The translations under genes were made by a program, and so were the position numbers. From NCBI GenBank assembly GCA_022797215.1, contig JAAWKD010000001.1, forward strand, positions 15,362 through 79,361: DNA of 64,000 bases. The letters run 5' to 3'. This DNA is from Clostridia bacterium (lineage in GTDB: Bacteria > Bacillota > Clostridia > TANB77 > CAG-508). Below are positions 46,521 through 57,043 of the stretch, piece after piece. The notes under the pieces were generated by a model, which was given only the letters and a program-made list of their open reading frames with translations, searched no databases and was not told where the DNA came from. Position 1 is the first letter of the stretch, and each line of letters begins with the position of its first letter.

Positions 46521-49500
46521 TTATCCAAATAAGCTCATCTGGTTGCTTTGGCTCATTCCTTTTAGGCAACCTACTTTATCTAACAATTCTATAACTGACT
46601 TTCCTATCTTTGAACGAATTTTCATATCATCAATCGACATGAATTTTCCATCTTTTTTCGCCTCATCAATTCCTTCTGCTGCAACAGTTCCTAATCCTGG
46701 CACACTATTTAGTGGCGGTCTTATTTCTGTGTCTGATTCCATTTTGAATTTGGTTGCATGACTTTCATATAAGTCAATTGGTAAGAAAGTAATTCCTCTT
46801 TCATACATTTCCAATACCAATTCTAGAATTGCATACATATTCTTATCCTTTGTCGTTGCACTGTTTCCTTGTAACTCAATTTCTTTCATTTTGTTTTTTA
46901 CTTTTTCTACACCATAACACATGATATCACTATCAAACTCATCTGCACGAATGGTAAAATATGCTGTATAGTAGGCTGCTGGTCTATGTACTTTAAACCA
47001 AGCAATACGGAAAGCGTTTGTTACATATGCTGCTGCATGGGCTTTTGGGAACATGTACTTGATTTTCTTACAAGAACCAATATACCATTCTGGTATGTTG
47101 TATTCTCTCATCTCTGCTTCAAATTCTAACCACTTTTCTGGGTCTTTTGAGGCTTTTCCTTTACGTACAAACTCCATAATCTTGAAAGCTTTTTTAGGCG
47201 GTAGACCTTGTTTAATTAGATAAATCATAATATCATCTCTACAACCAATTGCCTCACTTAAAGTTACAATTCCAGAGTTTACCAACTCTTGTCCATTATT
47301 AAGCCATACGTCTGTACCATGTGAAAGTCCTGATATACTGATTAATTCACCAAAAGTAGTTGGTTTTGTATCTACTAACATTCCTCTTACAAATTTGGTT
47401 CCAAATTCAGGAATACCATAACTTCCTACTTCTGAATGGATTTGCTCTGGTGTTACCCCTAAGGCCTCTGTTGACCTAAAAATAGACATGGTTTCTTTAT
47501 CATCTAACGGTACTTTTGTTGGGTCAATTCCTGTAATATCAAACAACATTCTAATCATAGTCGGATCATCGTGTCCTAGAATATCTAGTTTTAGTAAGTT
47601 TTGGTCGATAGAGTGATAATCAAAATGTGTTGTTACAATATCAGAGTTCGGGTCATCTGCTGGGTGTTGTACTGGTGTAAATTCATAGATTTCTCTTCCC
47701 TTTGGCACTACAATAATTCCACCTGGATGCTGTCCTGTCGTTCTTTTAATACCTGTACAGCCTTGTGAAACTCTTAATACTTCTGCATTACTAACAGGAA
47801 CTCCTCTTTCTTCATAATATTTTTTTACATATCCAAAAGCAGTTTTATCTGCTACTGTACCAACTGTTCCTGCTTTAAAAGTAGTTCCTTTTCCAAAGAT
47901 AACTTCTGTATATTTATGTGCTTTTGCTTGATATTCTCCTGAGAAGTTCAAGTCAATATCAGGCTCTTTATCTCCATCAAATCCTAAGAAAGTCTCAAAT
48001 GGAATATCCATACCATCTTTGGTTAATTTATGTCCACATTTTGGACAGTCTTTATCTAGTAAGTCAAATCCGTTTTTTACTCCATAATCTGTAAAGTCTG
48101 AGTATTTACAGTTTGGACATCTATAATGTGGCGGAAGTGAATTTACTTCTGTAATACCTGTCATATTCGCTACAAAGGAAGAACCCACTGACCCTCTGGA
48201 ACCTACAATATATCCATCTTCATTTGATTTCCATACTAATTTTTGTGCAATAATGTACATTACTGAGAAGCCGTTAGATATAATGGAGTTTAATTCTTTA
48301 TCTAATCTTGCTTGTACTAATTCTGGTAGAGGGTCACCATATAGTTCATGTGCCTTACTATAAGCTATCTCTTTAATCGTTTCTTCACAGCCTTCAATAT
48401 ATGGTGGGCATTTTTCAGGTGAAATTGGGCTTATTTTTTCACACATATCTGCAATTTTATTAGTATTGGTTACAACTACTTCGTAAGCCTTTTCTTCTCC
48501 TAAATATTCAAATTCCTTTAGCATTTCTTCTGTGGTACGCAAATAAAGTGGTGCTTGCTCATCAGCATCATCATACCCTTGTCCTGCCATTAATATTCTA
48601 CGATAAATTTCATCTTGTGGGTCCATAAAATGCACATCACAAGTAGCTACTACTGGCTTTTGTAGTTTTTCTCCTAAAGCTACTATCTTTCGGTTAATAT
48701 CTTGCAATTCTTCTATGCTTGCTACTGTTTCATTACGAACCATAAACATATTGTTGCCAATTGGTTGAATTTCTAAATAGTCGTAATCACTAGCTATTTC
48801 TTCTAATTCTTCATCTGCTTTTCCTGCAATAATAGCTCTATATAACTCTCCTGCTTCACAGGCACTTCCCATCATTAAGCCTTCTGAATATTTTTTATAA
48901 ACAGATTTTAAAATACGTGGCTTTTTATAAAAATAATCTAAGTGTGAAGTAGATATCAATTTATATAAATTTCTAAGTCCTACATAATCTTTTGCTAGAA
49001 TAATGGCATGATAAGTTGGGAGTGATTTATAATCTGTTTTACCACTTAGCTTATCCATATCATCTAAAGTAATAATTCCTTTTTCCTTTAACATGCCTAA
49101 CATGACATTAAATACTTTCACAGTAGTATCTACATCATCTAATGCTCTATGTGCTACTTCTACTTTAATTCCTAACTTTTCTGCTATTAACCCTAGTTTA
49201 TATTTCTTATACTCTGGAAATAATGATTTTGCTAAACGTAATGTATCTAAATAGGTATTTCCTAATTGAAGACCTAATTCTGTACAATTATGCTTTAAAA
49301 ATCCAATATCAAAATCTGCATTATGTGCTACTAAAACACTGTCTCCCACAAATTCTAATACTTTTGGCAAAACTTCGTCTATTGTTGGAGCATTTTTCAC
49401 CATATCATCTGTAATATTAGTTACTTCTACCACTCTTTGTGGAATTGGTTTTTCAGGATTAACAAAGGTACAAAATTCATCAATTACTTGATGATTCTTT

Positions 49501-50972
49501 ACCTTCATAATTCCTATTTCTGTAATCTTCTCAGTTCTAAAGGATAGTCCTGTTGTTTCTAAATCTAGTACACAATAAGTAGCATCTTCTAGATTTTGTC
49601 CTTTTGAGAAAGATACACAAGATGCTTCATCTGGTGCTAAATATGCTTCTACACCATAAATTACTTTTAGATCTGGGTGGTCTTTTTCTAAATATTTATG
49701 TGCATCAGGAAAGGCTTGTACAACTCCATGGTCTGTAATAGCAATAGATTTCATGCCCCATTTTACGGCACGTTTTAATAAATCTTTACACGCAGTCATT
49801 CCGTCCATTTGGCTCATTTGAGTATGCATATGTAATTCCACTCTTTTAACAGGTGCTTCATCTTTTCTAGATTCTTTTTTTAGTCCTGTGGACTCAAGAA
49901 TGGTGTTAGAAATCACCCCTAATTCTTTTGAAAACGGATCAAACTGTGCAGTTCCATCTACTTTTACACCTTTAGCCCCTTTTAGTCTTTTCATCACACC
50001 ATCAAATTTATCTGCTTCTATAAAGGCTTTGCAAGTAATGGTACTAGTGCCATCATATAAATCAAACATGACTAAAAACTTGCCTGACTTTAACTCTCTA
50101 CTGCTAGGACTTTCGTCATGTCTCATAATTTCACCATCTAATAAGACATTTCCACTATCTACGGATAAATCAACAATTTTTGCTAAGTCTCCTTTTAGCT
50201 TCATACTTCTTCCATGAATCATTGGAGAGACTTCTTCTGGTTCTTCTGGAGGTGGTGGTGCTTCCCAAGGTGCTCCTGCATCAATTGGTGGTACTCCATC
50301 AGTTCCTACTGGTGGCATTTCTTGAGTTTGCGCTTTCTTTGTTTCTTGTTTTTCTTGCGCTTGCTCTAAAGCTTCTTTTTGCGATAATAGAATAGCTTGC
50401 TTTTCTAGTTCTCTTGCATGTTCTTGATATCGCTCTAACATTTCTTGAGTTACTTCTTCTTGAAAAACTACTACATAGTTTTTATGATATAAATCCTTTA
50501 ACTTTTGTGCCAATATTTTATCAAAACTTCTCGCCTCTAATACATTCTTTCCTTTCATAGCCATAACTACTATAATTCTATTATTTTCAATCTGTATACT
50601 GCTATTCTTTAGCAATGCTTTGGTAAGAGGATGTTTGTATGCCATATATTCTACAATATCTTGCCATTGTGTTTGTATTTTTGCATCTATATGATTTTCG
50701 CTTTCTTCTTTTTGTGCTTCTTTACCTTCTTCTATATTCTTTGGCTCTTCTATTTTAATTTCAACATTCTTGAAATTAAAACGTTTTTCTAGGTATTTTT
50801 CAAAGTCTATTAGGTCTTTGATTAAAATAGAAGAAGTTGCTAGTAGCTTTAGTTCCAATGTATTGGACTTTTTATAAATATTGACACATGCAACTTTAGC
50901 TTCGCTTAATGCGAAGCTATTAAAATCAAAATCTTTAAATACTTCTTTGACTGTTTTTAGCTTTTCTTCCAT
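46521..50972 (-). CDS. polC: DNA polymerase III alpha subunit, PolC type
   Basis: 1483 aa. PHP domain (HMHTQMSQMDG), inserted DEDDh exonuclease (VLDLETTGL...HNADFD...AHRALDD), Zn-finger CPNC...CPKC, and polymerase core. Confidence 0.98.
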   Translation of the reverse strand: MEEKLKTVKEVFKDFDFNSFALSEAKVACVNIYKKSNTLELKLLATSSILIKDLIDFEKYLEKRFNFKNVEIKIEEPKNIEEGKEAQKEESENHIDAKIQTQWQDIVEYMAYKHPLTKALLKNSSIQIENNRIIVVMAMKGKNVLEARSFDKILAQKLKDLYHKNYVVVFQEEVTQEMLERYQEHARELEKQAILLSQKEALEQAQEKQETKKAQTQEMPPVGTDGVPPIDAGAPWEAPPPPEEPEEVSPMIHGRSMKLKGDLAKIVDLSVDSGNVLLDGEIMRHDESPSSRELKSGKFLVMFDLYDGTSTITCKAFIEADKFDGVMKRLKGAKGVKVDGTAQFDPFSKELGVISNTILESTGLKKESRKDEAPVKRVELHMHTQMSQMDGMTACKDLLKRAVKWGMKSIAITDHGVVQAFPDAHKYLEKDHPDLKVIYGVEAYLAPDEASCVSFSKGQNLEDATYCVLDLETTGLSFRTEKITEIGIMKVKNHQVIDEFCTFVNPEKPIPQRVVEVTNITDDMVKNAPTIDEVLPKVLEFVGDSVLVAHNADFDIGFLKHNCTELGLQLGNTYLDTLRLAKSLFPEYKKYKLGLIAEKLGIKVEVAHRALDDVDTTVKVFNVMLGMLKEKGIITLDDMDKLSGKTDYKSLPTYHAIILAKDYVGLRNLYKLISTSHLDYFYKKPRILKSVYKKYSEGLMMGSACEAGELYRAIIAGKADEELEEIASDYDYLEIQPIGNNMFMVRNETVASIEELQDINRKIVALGEKLQKPVVATCDVHFMDPQDEIYRRILMAGQGYDDADEQAPLYLRTTEEMLKEFEYLGEEKAYEVVVTNTNKIADMCEKISPISPEKCPPYIEGCEETIKEIAYSKAHELYGDPLPELVQARLDKELNSIISNGFSVMYIIAQKLVWKSNEDGYIVGSRGSVGSSFVANMTGITEVNSLPPHYRCPNCKYSDFTDYGVKNGFDLLDKDCPKCGHKLTKDGMDIPFETFLGFDGDKEPDIDLNFSGEYQAKAHKYTEVIFGKGTTFKAGTVGTVADKTAFGYVKKYYEERGVPVSNAEVLRVSQGCTGIKRTTGQHPGGIIVVPKGREIYEFTPVQHPADDPNSDIVTTHFDYHSIDQNLLKLDILGHDDPTMIRMLFDITGIDPTKVPLDDKETMSIFRSTEALGVTPEQIHSEVGSYGIPEFGTKFVRGMLVDTKPTTFGELISISGLSHGTDVWLNNGQELVNSGIVTLSEAIGCRDDIMIYLIKQGLPPKKAFKIMEFVRKGKASKDPEKWLEFEAEMREYNIPEWYIGSCKKIKYMFPKAHAAAYVTNAFRIAWFKVHRPAAYYTAYFTIRADEFDSDIMCYGVEKVKNKMKEIELQGNSATTKDKNMYAILELVLEMYERGITFLPIDLYESHATKFKMESDTEIRPPLNSVPGLGTVAAEGIDEAKKDGKFMSIDDMKIRSKIGKSVIELLDKVGCLKGMSQSNQMSLFG

Positions 50973-50995
50973 TGTATTTCTTTACTCCACTTTCC

Positions 50996-52198
50996 TTATT
51001 CTTCTAATAACCAATCTATTATATTTTTATGAATAATTCCATCTCTTGAAAAGCTTGCTTTATCTAATGAAAGAACATATTTAGGATAATTATCCTTTAC
51101 TTCTTCAAATGCTCCAAATTCTCTATTTTGTACTTTATCATTTTCCAATAGATATGTTACTTGAAAATATAACTTTTCATCTGTTTTTGTTGCAATAAAG
51201 TCTATTTCTCCATTTTTTACTTTTCCTATATAAACATCATATCCTCTTGCTAGCAATTCGTTATATACAACATTTTCAATTGCAAAACTCTTATTTATTT
51301 CAAAATTATTGTTTTTTATTTGGGCAATTCCTAAGTCTGTCATATAATATTTATTCAAAGTTTTTAAAATTGCCTTCCCATGAATGTCATATCTATATAT
51401 TTTCTTAATCATCAACGCTTTGCATAATGCATCTAAATAGTTATATAAGGTTTCAGTTGATATAGATTTTCCTTCACTCTTTAAGAAGTTTATGACATTT
51501 TCAGCTGAAAATTGTCGCCCCGTAGTATCTACAATATATTGTAATAGCAAATCAAATAGAACAGTATCCTTTAATCCTAATCTATCCACTACATCTCTTA
51601 ATATAATAGAATCAAATACACTGTGAAGATAATCTTTTATATTATTTACATCTGTAAATTGTGTTCTGTTAGGAAGTCCACCCCATTTCACAAAATCCCA
51701 AAAAGTATCTTCTGATTTAGCTTCCTTATTAGTAAGTTCTACAAACTCTTTATAGCTTAATGGATAAATATTAAACAGTACATACCTTCCTGATAAAACG
51801 GTTGATAATTCATTAGACAACAATTTACTATTAGAACCAGTAATAAAAATACTGATATTATCTATGGATGCTCTTAGCGAATTTACAACATCTTCAAATT
51901 TCTCTACCTTTTGAATTTCATCTAAAAATACATAATACTTTTTATCGTCTATTATTTTTGCTTTTATATATAAATTTAATTTTTTATAATCTTGTAGTTC
52001 TTCAAATTCTATAAGTTCAAAATTTATATATATAATATGACTTTCATCTATTCCTTTTTCTTTTAGTTCTTGCATAATCTGTTTTAATATAACTGATTTT
52101 CCACATCTTCTTATTCCAACTAATATCTTTACAAGGTCACTCTCATAAAAACCTCTTATTCTTGATAAATACATTTCTCTTTTTAACATTTGCATCAC
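50996..52198 (-). CDS. AAA-family ATPase with DUF4143-type C-terminal domain (COG1373-like)
   Basis: Walker A GIRRCGKS, Walker B YVFLDEIQ. Overall AAA_14 + DUF4143 layout. The probable start is the ATG at 52189. Confidence 0.75.
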   Translation of the reverse strand: MMQMLKREMYLSRIRGFYESDLVKILVGIRRCGKSVILKQIMQELKEKGIDESHIIYINFELIEFEELQDYKKLNLYIKAKIIDDKKYYVFLDEIQKVEKFEDVVNSLRASIDNISIFITGSNSKLLSNELSTVLSGRYVLFNIYPLSYKEFVELTNKEAKSEDTFWDFVKWGGLPNRTQFTDVNNIKDYLHSVFDSIILRDVVDRLGLKDTVLFDLLLQYIVDTTGRQFSAENVINFLKSEGKSISTETLYNYLDALCKALMIKKIYRYDIHGKAILKTLNKYYMTDLGIAQIKNNNFEINKSFAIENVVYNELLARGYDVYIGKVKNGEIDFIATKTDEKLYFQVTYLLENDKVQNREFGAFEEVKDNYPKYVLSLDKASFSRDGIIHKNIIDWLLEE

Positions 52199-52206
52199 CT
52201 ATATTA

Positions 52207-52235
52207 ATTATAATCCTGCATATTAAATTTGTCAA
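52207..52235 (-). promoter_or_regulatory. Consensus sigma-A promoter of the AAA ATPase gene
   Basis: Minus strand TTGACA-17 nt-TATAAT. The -35 overlaps the foot of the upstream terminator. Confidence 0.65.
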
Positions 52236-52261
52236 CTTATTTCTCATTCAAGAAATAAGTT
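52234..52261 (-). terminator. Hairpin terminator after the 571-aa gene
   Basis: AACTTATTTCT-tgaatg-AGAAATAAGTT, 11-bp perfect stem. Confidence 0.55.
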
Positions 52262-52323
52262 CGCCGTGTTTAATATATATTTCTAATTCACGTAATATTT
52301 TCAAAATAATGGCTGGTATATTT

Positions 52324-54039
52324 CTATTCTCTTTCCCCAAAATCAGGATATTCAATGCTTTTCAAAGCCTGTTCTATCAATTGAACAGCAAATTCTGGTG
52401 TTTGTGGCGGAAATACAATTGCTGAATTTCCTATCATTTGTAAATTTCCATGTGTTCCTGGAACACCAAATAGCCAATCTTTTAAATTATCTACTATGAA
52501 TGGTTTCCCATCTTTCCCTTTTCCCATCATATCTGTTTTTATTTTTGTTTTCCTAGCAATACCTTGTTGTAAAATCTGTTGTTTCAATAACTCACGCACA
52601 TTACCTTTCTTAGCCAATGCTTGTGGAACTGCAACTCTTGGAATAGAATGTTCCTTGTCCCATCTATTTTCTGCCTTTTGCCATTTTTTCTTTGGGCTTG
52701 GATAATATGTATTTTCAGCAATTTCTCTTCTTGCTTTTTCTCTTTCTTCTCTACTGATATGTGTAAATATTACTCCATCAAAATCTCTTAAGGTATAATT
52801 ACGATTAAGTGCTTTTTGATACAAAGCAATATAAGTATCTTTATCCATTAATCCTGCTTCACTCAACATCTTAAAAGTTTTAAATGAATTGTCGTCAACA
52901 CTCCAATTCCATGCTTGTTTATGTTCTGGGTCAAATTCTTCAAACTTACTAATAGCTTGTCTTTTTACCACTTCTTGTATTTCTGGTATAACACTTCTAA
53001 AAAGTAAACCTGCATTTTTCCAATCTAAAATGATATGTTCTAATTCTCCAAAGTTTTGTAAATTTGGCTCTATATATCTATCTTCTTGCTGTTTTGCCCT
53101 ATATTCTTTTTTGACTTCTGCTAGAATTCTTCGGAATTCTATTGTGGTATCTTCTACATCAGGCTCTGTAATAAATTGCATAAATGCAAAATCTTTATCT
53201 TGCATAAAATGTTGGTGCATTGCGGTAGCTTTTAACCCTATTCCCCCAAAAGATTGCAGACTTTCTACTTCTTTCCTTTCATTATGAAATACATCTCTAC
53301 CAATGCTTAGCCCGTTTTCATTTAGTGATTTTGCTATTTCTGCCATAGGAACATTAGACCTTATTGCATAATCAATAATGTCATTTATCTCCTTTAGCCT
53401 TATTTGTCTTATACCTTGCCATCTGGCAAGTTCTTGAAGAATCTGCTGAGCATTTTCAAGATTTGGTTTTTCACTTGTCCTAGCTACTACTTCTTTAACA
53501 TACATTCTTTGTAAAAAGGGATGGTTTGTATTTTGACTAATAGCAACTGTATATAATTCCTTATCTTCAATGCCTAACATCTCTAAAATTTGTAAATAAT
53601 TATCATAAATTGCTCTACCATAACCTTTTCCTTTGTACTCCCTTTCTACTAAAAAACTAAATCTCTTTTCTTTTTTATTTATTACAATACTACCTTTAAA
53701 ACTATAGGTTTTACTATCATCTTTTGTTACTTCTCCCTTTAAAAGTAATTCTCTTTGTTGCTGTGCAAACTCTTTATAAGATGTATCTCTTAGATGATAA
53801 ACTAATACTGGCTCATCATCCTTTTTATCATAAAGATTGTAACCATGATGAAAATATAAAGTTTCTCCATCTCTCCCTTGAAGTTCAAAGTTTCCTATTG
53901 GATAAATTGTATCTAGCCATTCATAATATTGTTGATAGTCTTTTGCTAATTCTTCTTTTGATTTTTTAGGTTTTTCTGATGGTATCTCTTCTCTTTTTTC
54001 TGTCTTTGGTACAATTTCTTCCATTTCATCTTGTTTCAT
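52324..54039 (-). CDS. Hypothetical 571-aa protein with possible N-terminal GNAT-like fold
   Basis: Long ORF with AGGAGG RBS. FLVEREYKGKGYGRAIYDNYLQILEMLGI resembles GNAT motif A. The remaining ~380 aa were not recognised. Confidence 0.5.
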   Translation of the reverse strand: MKQDEMEEIVPKTEKREEIPSEKPKKSKEELAKDYQQYYEWLDTIYPIGNFELQGRDGETLYFHHGYNLYDKKDDEPVLVYHLRDTSYKEFAQQQRELLLKGEVTKDDSKTYSFKGSIVINKKEKRFSFLVEREYKGKGYGRAIYDNYLQILEMLGIEDKELYTVAISQNTNHPFLQRMYVKEVVARTSEKPNLENAQQILQELARWQGIRQIRLKEINDIIDYAIRSNVPMAEIAKSLNENGLSIGRDVFHNERKEVESLQSFGGIGLKATAMHQHFMQDKDFAFMQFITEPDVEDTTIEFRRILAEVKKEYRAKQQEDRYIEPNLQNFGELEHIILDWKNAGLLFRSVIPEIQEVVKRQAISKFEEFDPEHKQAWNWSVDDNSFKTFKMLSEAGLMDKDTYIALYQKALNRNYTLRDFDGVIFTHISREEREKARREIAENTYYPSPKKKWQKAENRWDKEHSIPRVAVPQALAKKGNVRELLKQQILQQGIARKTKIKTDMMGKGKDGKPFIVDNLKDWLFGVPGTHGNLQMIGNSAIVFPPQTPEFAVQLIEQALKSIEYPDFGERE

Positions 54040-54086
54040 TTTTTGCTCCTCCTAAAAAATAAATTAACAATGTGCTTTCCTAGAAC

Positions 54087-55349
54087 TTAAAAAATTCTAA
54101 GTATATCGTTATATGTTACATAAATAGATAAACCAATCAATAGCATAAATCCTAAAGACTGAATTGTCATTTCTGTTTTCTCTTTTAATGGTTTTCTTCT
54201 AATCGCTTCAATTAATAATATGACTATCTTTCCTCCATCTAATGGCGGGAATGGTAAAAGATTTGTAAATCCTAAAGAAATAGATACTAAGGCTAAAATA
54301 TAGATAAAGTCTGCAAATCCATTCGTTTGTGCTACTACTTCTCCAATTCCAACTGGTCCCATCATTTGGTCTATTGAAACATTACCTGTAAATAATAATT
54401 TTAAGTTATCTACAATAGAAAAGGCAAAATCTCCTGTTTCCCACCATGCATAATATAGATTATTTCCTAAGTTATTTTCTGCTTTTTGAAGGTAAACACC
54501 TAAATAATAGTCTGCCTTTACTTCTGGAGTTATTAAAACTTCTTTTGTTTCATTTCCTCTCTCTATAGTAAATTTAATTTCTTGTCCTTGTGTTTTATTA
54601 ATTTCCTCTACTAATTTTTGTGCATTTCCTTTTACATCTACCTCATTAATTTTCAAAATCACATCATTTACTTCTAGTCCTTGTTCTTTGGCTGGACTTT
54701 TAGCCGATATAGCTGCAATTTTGGTACTTGCTCCATCTGTGCTAGATATTGCAATTCCTGTATAGTTATATTTTTCTTCTCTTGGTGCAAAAGTATAGCT
54801 TTTTTCTTCTCCATTTCTATCAATAACAACTTCCAATTCTTCTCCATTACATTTCGCTAATATTTTATCTAAATCCTTTTTATAATGTATGGTCTTTCCA
54901 TTTACTTTTTTAATCTTATCTCCTGCTTGTATTCCTGCTACTTGTGCTTTTGAATCTTCCATTGGATAATCGATAATTGGAGCAATGTTATTTCCCATAC
55001 TTGCCATTAAAACAAAATATACAATTAAGGCAAAAACAATATTAACTAGTCCTCCAGCTGCTACTACTGCAATTCTTTTCGGAATACTTGCTTTACTAAA
55101 AGAACCTTCTTCCTCAGAACGCTCTTCCTCTCCTACCATACTCACAAAACCACCAACTGGAATTAATCGTAAAGCATATTTTGTCTCTTTTCCTTGCTTT
55201 CTCCAAATAGTAGGACCAAAACCTATTGCAAATTCATTTACTTTAATTTTGCATAATTTTGCAACTAAGAAATGTCCACCTTCATGAATTAACACTAAAA
55301 AACCTAATATAAAAACTATTTTTAATATGGTTATCAAAATAGAAATCAA
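54087..55349 (-). CDS. rseP: RIP metalloprotease RseP/RasP (M50 site-2 protease with PDZ)
   Basis: HEGGHF (HExxH), PDZ-like middle region, C-terminal NLLPFPPLDGG. Confidence 0.93.
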   Translation of the reverse strand: MISILITILKIVFILGFLVLIHEGGHFLVAKLCKIKVNEFAIGFGPTIWRKQGKETKYALRLIPVGGFVSMVGEEERSEEEGSFSKASIPKRIAVVAAGGLVNIVFALIVYFVLMASMGNNIAPIIDYPMEDSKAQVAGIQAGDKIKKVNGKTIHYKKDLDKILAKCNGEELEVVIDRNGEEKSYTFAPREEKYNYTGIAISSTDGASTKIAAISAKSPAKEQGLEVNDVILKINEVDVKGNAQKLVEEINKTQGQEIKFTIERGNETKEVLITPEVKADYYLGVYLQKAENNLGNNLYYAWWETGDFAFSIVDNLKLLFTGNVSIDQMMGPVGIGEVVAQTNGFADFIYILALVSISLGFTNLLPFPPLDGGKIVILLIEAIRRKPLKEKTEMTIQSLGFMLLIGLSIYVTYNDILRIF

Positions 55350-55453
55350 TATTCTTCTCCTTTGGTTAAAATTTAACTAATTGAAAAGTACATTACTTTT
55401 TGGTAACATACTTTCCTATTTTTCCTCTTTTGTATATTTATATTCTTCACTTT

Positions 55454-56273
55454 TTATCTTATTAACATTGGGAGTAAAAAGTAGGCAAATGGTGCAATAA
55501 ATATGATGCTATCAATTCTATCCATCATTCCACCATGTCCTGGTATTAAATTACTAAAATCCTTAATTTCTGTATATCTCTTTATAGCTGATGCTGCTAA
55601 ATCTCCTAATTGCCCACTTAAGCTTAATAAAATTCCTGTTACTACTAATAAAATATAATTCATTTGCGTATGGAACACAAAATTACATACTAATCCATAA
55701 ATCACTACTGCAATTACTCCACCTAATGTTCCACCAATACAGCCTTCTATTGTTTTATTAGGGCTAATTTCTGTAAAATGATGTTTTCCAAAATGCCTTC
55801 CTATTAGATATGCAAAGATATCTGTTCCCCATGCACTAAAGAATACAAACCAAATTAAGATTTTTCCTTCTTTTAGGTCTTCTCGTATAACTGGAATAAA
55901 TAGTAGGAAAACAACTACATAAAAAATACCAAAAAAGGTAATTGCAATATCTTGAATAGTCGTTTTTCCATTAGTAGCAATTACATGTGCAAATAGTACA
56001 AGCATTGCCATTGGTAAAAGTATTCCAATTGTTTTTAAAACCATAGCCATTGGCACAAGATGAATAATACAAATTAGTAACGCTGCCAAATATCCTAGCC
56101 ATTCAACTGGTTTTGCTTTTCCGACTTGTACGAAATGCTTTATAAAATTCATGTATACTCATAATGGCTACTATTGAAACCGCAATATCTACTATATATT
56201 GATTTCCCAATATGATAATTACTGCTACAATTGGGAACAATACCATTCCTGATATAAATCTTTTTACATTCAT
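55454..56273 (-). pseudogene. cdsA: Phosphatidate cytidylyltransferase CdsA, reading frame broken (frameshift or assembly indel)
   Basis: A 56-aa N-terminal ORF 56103..56273 (MNVKRFISGMVLFPIVAVIIILG...HEFYKAF) overlaps ORF 55454..56152 by 50 nt in another frame. That ORF carries SPNKTIEG and GHGGMMDRIDS. Confidence 0.75.
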
Positions 56274-56319
56274 ATTTTCTTGTAATTCCTTCCTTTGCCT
56301 TTTACTTTATACATTATTG

Positions 56320-57024
56320 CTATTTTGCACCAAATTTACGATTTCTTTGTTCAAACACTTTAATTGCTTCTTCTAAATCTTCTTCTGAAAAGTCAGGCCA
56401 ATATTTATCAATAAATAGAAATTCTGTATAGGCTAATTGCCAAAGCAAAAAGTTACTAACTCTTTGTTCTCCACCTGTTCTAATTAATAAATCTGGCTCT
56501 AATTGACCTTGTGTATATAAACTATCTGATACATATTGCTCATCAATATCTTGAATTGCTATTTCGTTATTTTGTACTTTGATTGCAATTTTTTGTACAG
56601 CTTTTGTAATTTCATCTCTACCACCATAATTAAAAGCAACATTTAAAGTCATTCCTGTATAATCTTTTGTTCTATCTATTGCTTTTTGAATACTCTTTTG
56701 AAGCCCATGTTCTAGTTTTGAGACATCACCTAGTATATTAATTTTTATATCTTCTAATTCCTTATCATTTAGAAAATCATTAACATACATTTGAAGTAGC
56801 CCCATTAAAGCCCCTACTTCTTCTTTAGTTCGTTTCCAATTTTCTGTTGAGAAAGCATATACAGTTAAATATTGAATTCCAATTTTGTTTGCATATTTTG
56901 CTATTCTCTTTAAGGTTTCTGCTCCTTCTTTATGACCAAGCCTTGTCTCTATATTTCTTTCCTTTGCCCATCTACGATTTCCATCCATTATAATAGCAAT
57001 ATGCTTTGGCATTGTTTCTTCCAT
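56320..57024 (-). CDS. uppS: Undecaprenyl-diphosphate synthase
   Basis: HIAIIMDGNRRWA and RTGGEQRVSNFLLWQ motifs. Confidence 0.96.
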   Translation of the reverse strand: MEETMPKHIAIIMDGNRRWAKERNIETRLGHKEGAETLKRIAKYANKIGIQYLTVYAFSTENWKRTKEEVGALMGLLQMYVNDFLNDKELEDIKINILGDVSKLEHGLQKSIQKAIDRTKDYTGMTLNVAFNYGGRDEITKAVQKIAIKVQNNEIAIQDIDEQYVSDSLYTQGQLEPDLLIRTGGEQRVSNFLLWQLAYTEFLFIDKYWPDFSEEDLEEAIKVFEQRNRKFGAK

Positions 57025-57043
57025 TTCGTTCTCCTTCTCTATC

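Noticed and set aside
50220-50340. GC-rich, proline-rich insert (PPVGTDGVPPIDAGAPWEAPPPPEEPEEV) in the PolC N-terminal region as a possible foreign insertion or intein.
   Set aside because: It is far too short for an intein and has no splicing motifs. It is most simply a flexible linker between PolC N-terminal domains.
52324-54039. The 571-aa gene sits in the proS position and has a ProRS-like length, so it might be a divergent prolyl-tRNA synthetase.
   Set aside because: No class II aaRS motifs and no ProRS N-terminal pattern are present. The sequence instead shows a GNAT-like motif.
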